Shown piece by piece: positions 1 through 10,213 of a DNA stretch of 64,000 nt. This stretch comes from Pelomyxa schiedti (lineage: Eukaryota; Protista; Evosea), in contig JAHLWZ010000795.1 of the NCBI GenBank assembly GCA_020536535.1, forward strand, positions 1-64,000, in the 5' to 3' direction. Made by a program: the position numbers and the translations under genes. The notes under the pieces are model-generated. The model saw nothing but the letters and a program-made list of their open reading frames with translations. It did no database searches and was not told the origin of the DNA. Numbering within the stretch: the first letter of the stretch is position 1; every line of letters begins with the position of its first letter.

Positions 1-2087
1 CCACAACCTGTCGACAGGCCGCAATTCCGCAAGGGGGGTTCCCAGTGGACCTTTGGAAGCGCCACCTGTTGGACCTGGCTCCACTTGTTGCTGAGGGCGG
101 GACACACAAACAACCAGGGACTACCACAACGACGACGGCCGCGCCGCCTCCCGAGTGCGTGGAATGCGGATCACACGACGCGCCGTGGTGGTGCCCAACG
201 TGCGGGGTGTTCCTGTGCAACGATGACAAGGCACACCACTCACGTGCGAGGAAGACCGCCTCCCACAATGTAGCGCTGCGGTGTTTATTTTATATCTATC
301 TCCCTCGCCACCGCGCTTCCCACCAGTCAACCAGTTCACTCACATACACGTGGGAATGCAGGTTTTGACTGTGGATCAAATCAGAGCACAGACGAGTGTC
401 ACACCCACTGCACCCAAACCAGCACTTTGTTCCAAGCATCCACAGGAGGACCTGCGGTTGTATTGCAACACCGACAAGTCACTGATTTGCCGTGACTGCA
501 CGTGTGTGGTCCTTTTTCTTTTGTCTGATTTCGGGCCTGTTGCGTCCTTGGGTTATTCCTAACTCCGCAAACAATATCAGATTGATTGACCACAAGAACC
601 ACGACTTTGTGTTTTCCTCTGACCTGAGCTCCAAGTTCAAGGAGAACATCGCCTCCCTGTGCTGCAAGTTATCATTGCACTTGGAGAAGCTTTCACTTTC
701 GAAACACACTGCAATCGTGTGTGTTTTCCATTTCGGTCCAACTCTACAACAACAACAACAAAAAAAAAGGGATGCTGCCAAAACGTAGAAGAAGTTTCAG
801 AGAAAGTTGAAGCAGAGATACGAACTGAATTTGCCAAGATTGTTGCAGTTGTCAATGCCAAGGAGGCACAGCTGCTCTCGGAACTCAAAACAATCACCGA
901 AACATCAAAAAAGGCACGAACTTGTCTGTCGCACCAATCACACACTGACAATGCGGCGTTACCCCTTCAAGATATTCCAAGAACACATTGAAGGATGTGA
1001 CAACAAGATGAAGGTTGCACAAGAAGCACAAGAATACGCACAACAGGCAACAACGAGGTTCTCTGACCTCCAACTCGTGGCTGTCAATGACACTCTCACT
1101 TCTCGTGTCAAAAAGCTTTGCGATTCACGTGCCGAGAATGACTCTCCAGCACCAAATGAATTGAAGGTATCTCTTTTCCGCATCCAAAAAAATGTAAAAT
1201 GACACAAAAAACGCGAACAGGTGAGGTTTGAGTGTGATTCAACTGCCGTTTGTGGGACAATTTCATCATCACTTGGTCGCCTTGTTCACAATTCAACATC
1301 AGGTTCTCTTGTTCCCAAAGCGGCAACGAGGGAGCTCAAACAACTTGGCTCGATGGTGACCTCGACCACGCCCCGTCAGGCACAGAAGCTGTTTGTTGAC
1401 AACACAACCGGAAAAGTATACTGGGGCAGTCACTTCCACACTACACAGCTGACGGAGTTTGAAAGCATGACCAGCTTCTTCAACAACACAAACCCAAGGC
1501 AATTCACACTCGAGGACCCCAGTGGCACATACCAGGCAGTGCACAACGGCCACGTGTACTGCACCCCATACGACCAAGCCACAATGACCAAGGTGCGTGT
1601 GAGTGACGGGTCAACGGTCGCAACTGCCTCGCTCCCAAACGCCGGGCACACAAACCAATCAACGTGGAGCTGGGGTGGAGCCACAAACATCTGCTGGTAT
1701 GTTGATGCAGGGGGTGTGCTGTTCGTGGTCTATGCACCACGACACAACGGCAACATACACATCACGAGGGTGGACCCTGACTCCCTCGCCATCTTGCAGA
1801 CTTGGGAGGTGCCCCGTATCAAGAGGAAGACTGGCTTTGCGTTTGTTGTGTGTGGGAGGTTCTACTTTGGAAAGTCGCACAACAGCAAAGAAATCGACGG
1901 GGTGTTTGACACCATCACTGGTGTTTATGATGGCACTTACAGAAACTCACTCCCAACATTTGGCAAGTACGTGAGGTTGACCTCCTGGGTTCCATCAACA
2001 AACCAGCTCATCGTTGTTGATGCACCCGACAACTCAGGCACAGACTCAGGGTTCCGCGTCTTCCTCATTGACAATGCGGCTCTGTGA
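1..2087 (+). CDS. TRIM-like protein (RING remnant, B-box1, B-box2, coiled coil) with C-terminal olfactomedin-like domain; 5' partial, multi-exon
   Basis: Frame is open from the window start (TTCRQAAIPQGGFPVDLWKRHLLD, resembling a RING C-terminal end). B-box1 CVECGSHDAPWWCPTCGVFLCNDDKAHH; B-box2 CSKHPQEDLRLYCNTDKSLICRDC..DHKNH across an intron; helical coiled-coil exons. The last exon 1221-2087 has OLF-like motifs (VHNGHVYC, LPNAG..STWSWGGATNICWYVD, GNIHITRVDPDSLAILQTW, FAFVVCGRFY). Confidence 0.8.
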
Positions 2088-2136
2088 GAGGAAAAAAAAG
2101 GGAACTGTTTTCTTCCTTTGGCACCAAGACTTCTTT

Positions 2137-5100
2137 CTAGTGTTGGTGCAAAGGAACGTGTTTGTAGTGAACATGTTTGGGGGTGGCAGGGGGTCGGTCA
2201 GCAGACTCAGGTGAGGTCAACAATATCTTTGGTGGGGGGTGGTCCAGGGGCAGCCTCGTCTTGGTGGTGGTAGTCGGCATTTGGGAATACACTTACAATG
2301 TGGCCTTTACCAAGGCATGTGGTGGCAATGATGTTGAAGTACTCGTCGATGCAGAGGCCTTCAAAGGGGCACGGCTGAGAACACAGCGGGCACTTCCATT
2401 TCTCATTGATCCGGTCTTTGTTGATTGAGAGGAACCTGTTGGGAATTACTCCTCAGGAGGACAATAAATAAATGGATGTACGCTAGGAGGTCGAAGCACT
2501 GCAAATGCCCACAGTGGATTCCTCGAGAAGCAGTAACAATTCTTCCCTGTGAGATTGGGCACTTCAACGAGAAATTGAACTGTGACTCTAGAAGATGAAA
2601 TACAAATAAGAAAGAAATGGGGTGGGGGGAGGGCGGCGGGGAACAAAACAAGACCCGTGATAGACTCATTTGCACGAAAAGACTGAATTACTCTCTCTTT
2701 CGCCTCAGTGGCAGTAGAATGAGGAACCACACCACAAAAATCCATGAATGACTTTCCTGCTTTCAAAACAGCACATCTAGTAGAAGTAAAAAGCGTGTTC
2801 AAAAAATAGAAATAACGTACGTGACAGTGCAAAAGTGCGACTGGAAGGCAGGTATTCCTTGGTGTGCTGCCGAGAATTTCTTGTGGCATGATGTGCATTG
2901 TCCATAATCAGGCTTATCGCTTGACAATTACATAAGGAGATTTTAAAAATCAAAGTTAAAAAAAAAGAAGAAATGCCATTTAGACTGGTTGACTTTGTTT
3001 ATTCGGGGACGATTTCTACATAGGAACAAGTAAAAAAGTAAATAATAGTAGAGAGGAGAGACCTGTTATCAACCGCAAAGGATAGGCGTGATCGCATCGG
3101 TGTTGTGGGGATATTCACAGCTGCTTCAGCGGGATGTGACTGCTCAGTAGTGCCCACAGGATCTGGGGAAACCTGCTGTACACGTGTTGGCTCTTGCTGT
3201 GTTGTGTTTGGAGGTGGCATATTGGTAATCACCCTCCCATTGATCCCTCCTGGATCAAGGAAAGAAGGAGTGGCTCTTCGAACAGGGCAGTTGGAGTTGT
3301 TTGGTGGGTAATAAGTGGTTATTGTTGAGTTTCTAATTGGAAGATTGGGAATTGGGGTTTGGTTCGTATTTGTAGGTTTTTCAACTCTCCTCCTTTTTGC
3401 TTCTTGCTCTTTAGCTGGGCTCTGGTTGAGTACTCTTGGACTGGGACTTCGGCTTATACTCCTTCTGGTTTTACTTACACTTCTGCTCCTGCTTCTTTGG
3501 GGCCTGTTCTTACTTGGACTCCGGCTTTTGCTTCTATTTCTACCTCTGTTTCTACTCCTGCTCCTACTTCTGTTTCTGTGTACATCCCCAATCCTGTTTC
3601 TGCTCCTACTTCTACTTCTGGTTAACCTTCTGCATTGACGATCGCGCCTAATCCTGCTTCGACTCCTACTTCTACTGAGACGTCGTCTTCGGCTGTGACT
3701 GTTTCTTGTGCTTTGCCTCGTGTTTGGTGACCTTCTGCCTCTGCTTACACTTCTGCTTCTCCCTCGTTTGCCTCGTCTACTTGTACTTCTGCTTCTGCTT
3801 CGGCGTCGAATGGGGCTTCGGCTTTTGTTTCTTCTTTGGTTCCTGCCCCTGCTTCTGCTTCTGATTCTGCTTCTGCTTCTGCTTCTGCTCCTGCTAGTGC
3901 TTTGGCTCCTAGTCCTGCTCCTGCTTTGGCTTGAGTTTGAGTGAGCGCTTGAGCTGCTGCTACGGCTTCTACTTCTACTTCCACTTCCACTTGCAGGCTT
4001 TGTTGGGCTACTGTTGACTTTGCCCGTTTGGGTAGGCGTGGGTACCAGCGTACTAAGGTTTCCAGCTTGTGCTGTGGATCCTTCAGGGCATGTCTGTGAT
4101 TCCGCAGTAGTCCGCACCGAGTGTTCTTTCTCCACAATGCCAGCTCCTCCATTTTTAGGGTCAGTCTGGACTTCAATCCCAGAATCTTGTGCTTTTCTGT
4201 ACTCCTGCAGGATTTCCAAGCTCTCCTTATTTTGTTCTGTTTCCACTATAGGCTGGCTAGGTTGGGTTGTATGCTCCTCTAAATGGCATCCTTTTACTGC
4301 CCGTGCTGGTTCTGGTGACTCCTGATTTTCTTCAGTTGTATTCCAGTGGTAAAGTACTTTCATGTCGTTTTCTTGAGGCACATCCCATCTGCTTGGTTTG
4401 GAGGTGAGACTTTGCCCAAGTGTTTGATTTCTTTGTTCAATTTGGGTAACATGGAGACTTTGTGTGACTTTCAGAACAGGAATTTGGGTCACTATGTCTG
4501 GGTTGTTTGATGATGCGAAACTGAATTGGGGGCTGGAACTCCTAGTAGGCTCAGTGACGCAATCTTTATTTGAAGAGTGTGGCGTGGGGTGCATTTGTTG
4601 TTCTGTGGGCTTTTCAACAGACTGTACACTCACAGGCAGAACCCGATCGGGCTGGGATGGGCATTCTGTGCATCTGCAGTTAGTTCGATTCACTCAATAG
4701 GATAACCTGTTCCATTGCTGGCAAGTGGGCCGTCCTGCTGTAGGAAAGTCTCTTCGGATTCATCCTCAGACTCACTAACTTCAACGAAGATGTACTCAGG
4801 TTCCACCTCCTCTTCAAAGATTTCAATTTCTTCTCCATCTTCTGTTGTTTGATATGTCCAGTCCATGGAAGAATGTCCGCTCTCTTCGTGACTTTCATTG
4901 GCACCCCCAGAATCTGTGGCTCCACAATTGTTATCCTTGCCAGCAGTTACACTAGTCAATTGCGCTTTAAGATGTCCATTACTGCAAATAAGGGTGCCAT
5001 TAGGACAGAGTTCATTCTGTGTGTGTGGCTCTGGGCATCCTGAAGAGTGCACTGGAGTAGTCTTTGATGATGCACTGATAACTGTGTCATCTTCTTTCCC

Positions 5101-5718
5101 ACAATCACCACAGGCCTCGCTATCAGCAGGGTTGCTTGCCTTTTTTTCCTCTGTTACAACATCCCACAGGACGTTGCCTATGCTTACTGCACTAACACTT
5201 GCATCAGCCACAGATACCAAATCCGTCTCTGGAATATATCTATCCAGATGCCAGTTATCATTTTTGCCTCTCATTTTGCCAGTTATCCCAGCCTTGCTTG
5301 TAGTAACCTGGCTGCCGTCATGTGACTCAGAAGCAGAAAGTCCATTGGTGCCGATTGTAGGCAGTGTGATGGCTATTGGTGATCCATGAGGACCTCCAGG
5401 AAACAGGACAAGTTGTGGGCTCCTAGAACCAAAGATTGACGAGGACTGATGGTGCTTTTCAGATAACCAGGGTGGGGGTTGAATTTGCGAGTCACCAGCT
5501 GTGGCAGGGTGAATCTCGTTTTTGCACGCGCTCCAGTTTACTACAGGAGTTAGCTGAGAATCAAACCTAATACATTTCTGTTCTTGAGGAAAAGCTGTCT
5601 TAGCCCTGCTCCGAGGGAAGAAGTAGTGAACGAAAAAAATGTTAAGGAGCTGTAAGAAATCATACGGAGTGAAAGGGATGGGAGCATGTACGGCCACAAT
5701 ATCCTTCTGGGGTACCAT
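2137..5718 (-). CDS. Arg/Ser-rich protein with C-terminal SP-RING (MIZ) zinc finger, PIAS/Siz-type SUMO E3-like; multi-exon
   Basis: ORFs 4690-5718 and 2999-4693 can be joined by a ~41-nt intron and contain a long RS dipeptide tract. Downstream exons give FSLKCPISQGRIVTASRGIHCGHLQCFDL and WKCPLCSQPCPFEGLCIDEYF, a complete SP-RING motif. The RS-to-SP-RING junction needs a predicted intron near 2920-3060. Confidence 0.6.
3560..3980 (-). repeat. Degenerate hexanucleotide coding repeat encoding the RS dipeptide tract
   Basis: Runs of cttctg/ctcctg/ctactt on the + strand translate to SRSRSRSR on the - strand. Confidence 0.85.
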
Positions 5719-6432
5719 AGGCTAAAGTTGGTTGTTTTTTAGAATTGTTTTTAGTGGTGAGACTGAACTGTTTTTATGTTACAGCCTTTGTGCGTGTGGA
5801 TTGCAGTGCACGATGCATGATATAAGCTTAGGAAAAGATACAGCGGGAAAAACTGTATGATCTGAAACAACTCGCATATTGGAACTGCTGGATGCAAAGT
5901 GCCTATTTTTTCCCGTATCAAAAACCCAACAATTAAGTTAAGTACGTAAAACAGGTTTGGTACCGTTGAAATATTGTTGGGACAACGAATTGCCCAGTGT
6001 GCTGTAGGCCTCCGCAGTTGATCCCGGTTGTAGGCTGTGTTGATATTGTTAAGTTATGCGTTATGGCATGTGAAGTATCAGAGGAACTGTGATCTCGTTA
6101 GGAAAAGGTATCGGACCAGGAAAAAAAAAGGGAGCACGGAGTAGGAAAAATACGACGGAAAGACTGTGGCGGCGTGCGGAACATGAGAAACAACTTCCGG
6201 CGAAGGCTTGGCGCTCGCTGTAGTCCTCGTCTGAGCCGCAAGAGCCTCAAAGACAGATCCAGATACGGTGGTGCGCATTTGTTGCCGGTACAGTACTCTC
6301 GGTCGCTCTTGCGGTAGTCTCGTGTCGGCACCTCCCCGAGTTTTTAGTTTTTTTTTATGTTTTCCTTCATTTGCCGAGAAAGAATATCCGTCGAGGCATT
6401 TCAATGTGACACGACTATTTTTGGAAAGGAAC

Positions 6433-7948
6433 TTAGAACCTTAGGTTTAGAAGCCACGACGACGGAGCATGAGAGTTCGTGGGTGTGTATGTGAGCTTCC
6501 AGCCCGAATTGGGCTCGTGAATAGGGTGTTTGGCCGGAACCTTGAATTCCGCAGTGGCGTGGAATGTTGTGTTTGGCTGGAGGGTTTTTGGTGGTGAGAG
6601 TTCGTGTGTTGATGTCTGTGAAGGTGCGGTTGACTGGGGAGGAGCCACGAGTGTTAGTTGGTAACTTTTCAGTGTAGTCTCCTCTGTTATCTGAGGGGTG
6701 AAGTGAGTTGATTGGACAGCAGAGAGTGATTGCAAACCTGTTGTTCAACTCGAAAAGCTAGTACATTGGGCTTTGGTCTTCTTGCCTCAAGCTGGATTTT
6801 GGGAGGAGAAAGTTTCAACCAGGATACAACAATAATGGTTGGTGGTACCTTTTTGTTGGTTAGATACAATTTGATTTCGAGTAGGGCATACCACTAAGCA
6901 TTCCACATATGCGAAATATATCCACAGATCAAGTTTTACACTTCCCATAGTAGGGGACAAACCTTCACATAATACGTAGTGCAAGATCAGGGGCCAGGTG
7001 GAAACAAGGCATAACAAGGAACAAATTAGGCTCTGTCATCCGTGAGGAAAGACAGCAGCATTAAGAGCGCACAAGACCTTCCATAGGTTTGCGGGTTTGC
7101 CTGAAATAATCTTGCACCAAGATTCGTTTAGGTGAATCGCTGGTGGCGTGAAAGGCAATTGAAAAACAGTTGTCTGGCTCAGTATCATCCAAATAACCTC
7201 AGCGGAGATTCAACCAACAAAGTAAGAAAGAAATAAAACAAACTTGCATTGGCAGAACGGCAACGATGTAGGGAACAATGTTGAGGGAACGTATTGCAAA
7301 TGAAAAGCTAGGCTTGTGTTCATCAATGCAGACGGTTATCCGAGGTCGTTTATCTGCCTCCACATTCGCGGCAGTAGCTGTGATGGAAGGTTATCTGTGA
7401 GCAGTAAGAGTGGTGTGGGTTGTTTATATTATATGGTATATTTATATAGCTATAAATAAACTATCCATTGCCTTAACAGTCAAATCGCACCGTTGTTCAA
7501 AACTTTTTGAATTAAACTCTCAGCCCATGCATAGTACTTGTTGTTATTGATTGTAAGTTGCTCGTAGCTGGCAAAGAATTGATTTCCTTCGTGTGAATTA
7601 ATTTAGTTCACAAAGATATGTCACATGCCAGTATACTTGTGGCCTTTAAAAGTGTACTCATAAAAGAGTTCGGGCACAAAATACTTGTTCTTCTTCATGT
7701 TCATGAAATTGGAGTAGACCGTTTTAATGCTGTTCATATTCACAACAGCTGGAACCCAAAAACCAATACACGATGAAAAAAAAAAAATACATACAGAAAA
7801 AAAGAAAAAAACCTTCAACAGGCTTACACTCCTCAACAATACGTCGTTGGTGCATAACACTAGGCATCGTGAATGCCAAAGACAACGCGCACAACGCGAG
7901 GCCGACATAAACTTCGGCGTGCCGAACCCTCGTCAGACTACCCCACAT
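6433..7948 (-). CDS. DUF3592-like membrane protein, multi-exon; 3' end uncertain
   Basis: ATG at 7948 is followed by a hydrophobic segment (VYVGLALCALSLAFTM), then FVPELFYEYTFKGHKYTG and ITVCIDEHKPSFSFAI. These resemble the DUF3592 Y-x-Y-x-x-x-G-x-x-Y-x-G and V-x-Y-D-P-x-x-P motifs. Further hydrophobic exons follow. Confidence 0.5.
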
Positions 7949-8295
7949 TTTAATTAAAGGCAAGATGGCAGGCTTTCGGAGATCTTGATCGTACGGGGCT
8001 CAGACTCTAGTGTGCCACAAGCGAATCCAAGTGCACAGCCACAAGAAGCGGAAAAGATCTTAGGGAATCGGTTTTCAGGCGTGTTCTGTGCTTTTCGCCC
8101 AGGAAACGTGTCCAACCGGTTGCGAAGTAGACCTCGGGCTTGCCCTGGATCCTGTCGGCAGCGCCGCCTCCACAATGCTCCTCAGAATTGTAAGATATTT
8201 CCGGAAAATCAATTAAATCGACGTTCATGTAACATTCGTTTGAGGAACTCGCCAACAAACAGAAAACAAAAAAACGCTCTGAGAGTCTCCTTTGT

Positions 8296-10086
8296 ATGCG
8301 GTGTGTCACTGCTGTCGCTGTTGCGTTGTTGTTGTGCGTGGGAGTGTCATACGCCACACCGTATGGCGGCAATGTGGCAGTGATGCCGTGTGACCCTGAT
8401 GACACACAGCATCAATACTGGTCTCTCGACAAATTGGGAGGACGTGCGTGAATCCCATGGGTTTTCTTTTTATTTTTAAAATGAATATTTACGCGTAGAT
8501 TTTACTCTTGTGTCTAATGGAATGTGTCTGGATGTGGAAAGTCTCCAGACCTATGACGGCGCGAATGCGCAATTATATGACTGTGATACGTTGAAGCGGA
8601 ATCAAAAGTGGTCATATGACTCTGATACAGTATTTCCTCCCCTTTGCTGTCGCTGTCGTGTTGATTTTGGTACAAGAAACAACTGAAAACTACGCTTGAT
8701 GGAAAATGTTTGCATGTGCAACAGCATTGCACTGGTACATATGCAAATGCAGATGTAGAAACATGTGCTTCAAATAGTGTACGAGAATTGTTCTATCTTC
8801 ATTTTTCTTACGTTTTAACTGGACAGACTGCAGACCAATGGGAATGGAATGGGAAAACATTTGTCTCAGTTCTCAGTGGCCATTGTCTGCATTCAATTGG
8901 CTTGTTAACCCCTGATACCAATAGAACTTCTCCTCTCGTGATAGGTTTTTAAACCATATTTCATTCCTTTCTCACATTACTCAAGGACACAGAGGTCTTC
9001 CCAGTATGTTCCCAGAAAATACCCTGGTTTCTTTCCAAGCAGCCTTGGATAACTTAGCTGATGGATTTGAGACCGACCTGCATCTGACTTCTGTTCGTCT
9101 TCTTCTCCTATTGATTTATAATGTACTTTAAAGGATGGTGTAATCATTCTCATGCATGACACCACATTGGAACGGACGACAAATTGCACTGGTTTTATTG
9201 CCAACAGGCCATATTATGGATGTAATACCCAAAAAAAACGGGAATTATATTGTGACGAGCACAACAAAAAAAAAAAGATATTGATTCCTGTGATGCCGGC
9301 TCTTGGTTTGGCGATGAATTTGCAGGAACACCAGTTCCCCTCTTTGAGCAAGCACTGCAACTTGCCAAGGTTTTGGAATTGTTTATCAGTGCAATCGTAA
9401 TACCTTTCAGAGCTATAATTCCTTTATTATTATGGACCTTAAAGTGGAAGGAATTGAACAACAAATTGCCGACTTGGTCAATAAATATGAGATGCAAGCT
9501 AATGTTATTGCATCCTGCTGGAGTCTTGATGAGGTTTCGTCTCACCTATTGAGAGCATGTTGCTTATTTTCCGCAAAGGCCATAGCAATGGACCAGGTTC
9601 TGCCATCAACATCAAAGCAGCTCCTGCAATCGCAACCAAAGGTTTACGACGATGCCTACTTTGAGGAATTGATCGACTTAGGTAAGGCCAATACTCGCAC
9701 TCATTCCGCCTGAAACACATTAGGTGTTGGGGGTTTCAGCCAATCTTTTGACACGACCACTGTAGACTGTAAGAACCCTCACCCCTTTCACTACTGGCCC
9801 CAAACGGATCTTGTTACACAATCACAGCAGACAAATCCCGTGTTTGCTTAACTTGATCTGTAATACCGGGCCGGTACTAACTACCTCCTTCCAAAAAAAA
9901 AAAAAAAACCCTACAGATGTGAGGTTGGCCCATAGACACCTAATGCCAGTCTTTACCTGGACTGTTGATGCCGAAACCGATTTCATGCATGGAATCCTTC
10001 ATGGTCACGACGGATTCATCACCGACGACTGCATTCTTGGCCTCCAAATGGTTCAACGCGCACGAATGGCCCTAATGAGCCTCTGA
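8296..10086 (+). CDS. Secreted ricin-B (QxW) lectin domain plus glycerophosphodiester phosphodiesterase (GDPD); multi-exon
   Basis: Signal peptide MRCVTAVAVALLLCVGVSYA. Ricin repeats HQYW, MCLDV..QLYDC..NQKW, KCLHV..DQW. GDPD motifs after splicing: IGHRGLPSMFPENTL, DGFETDLHLT-DG..MHDTTLERTTN, DAGSWF, FTWTVD, DGFITDD. Confidence 0.85.
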
Positions 10087-10213
10087 GACCTCCACGCCCA
10101 CCAAACCCAAACCACTTTCAAGCATTCACAACACACAGACAAGGAAGGAGGCACACTTTCGCCGCCGTAACCAAGTTTGTCCATTCGTCTAACAGCCATT
10201 TCGTTGATTGTGC

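Noticed and set aside
3105-4325. Leu/Val-rich plus-strand ORFs resembling membrane proteins
   Set aside because: They are antisense shadows of the RS-repeat coding region.
4690-4693. GTGA overlapping stop/start (prokaryotic translational coupling)
   Set aside because: It lies inside a predicted intron with a CTAAC branch-like site, and the genome is eukaryotic.
5790-6404. Possible small minus-strand gene
   Set aside because: Intron-like segments are present, but I could not build a consistent frame or recognise a domain.
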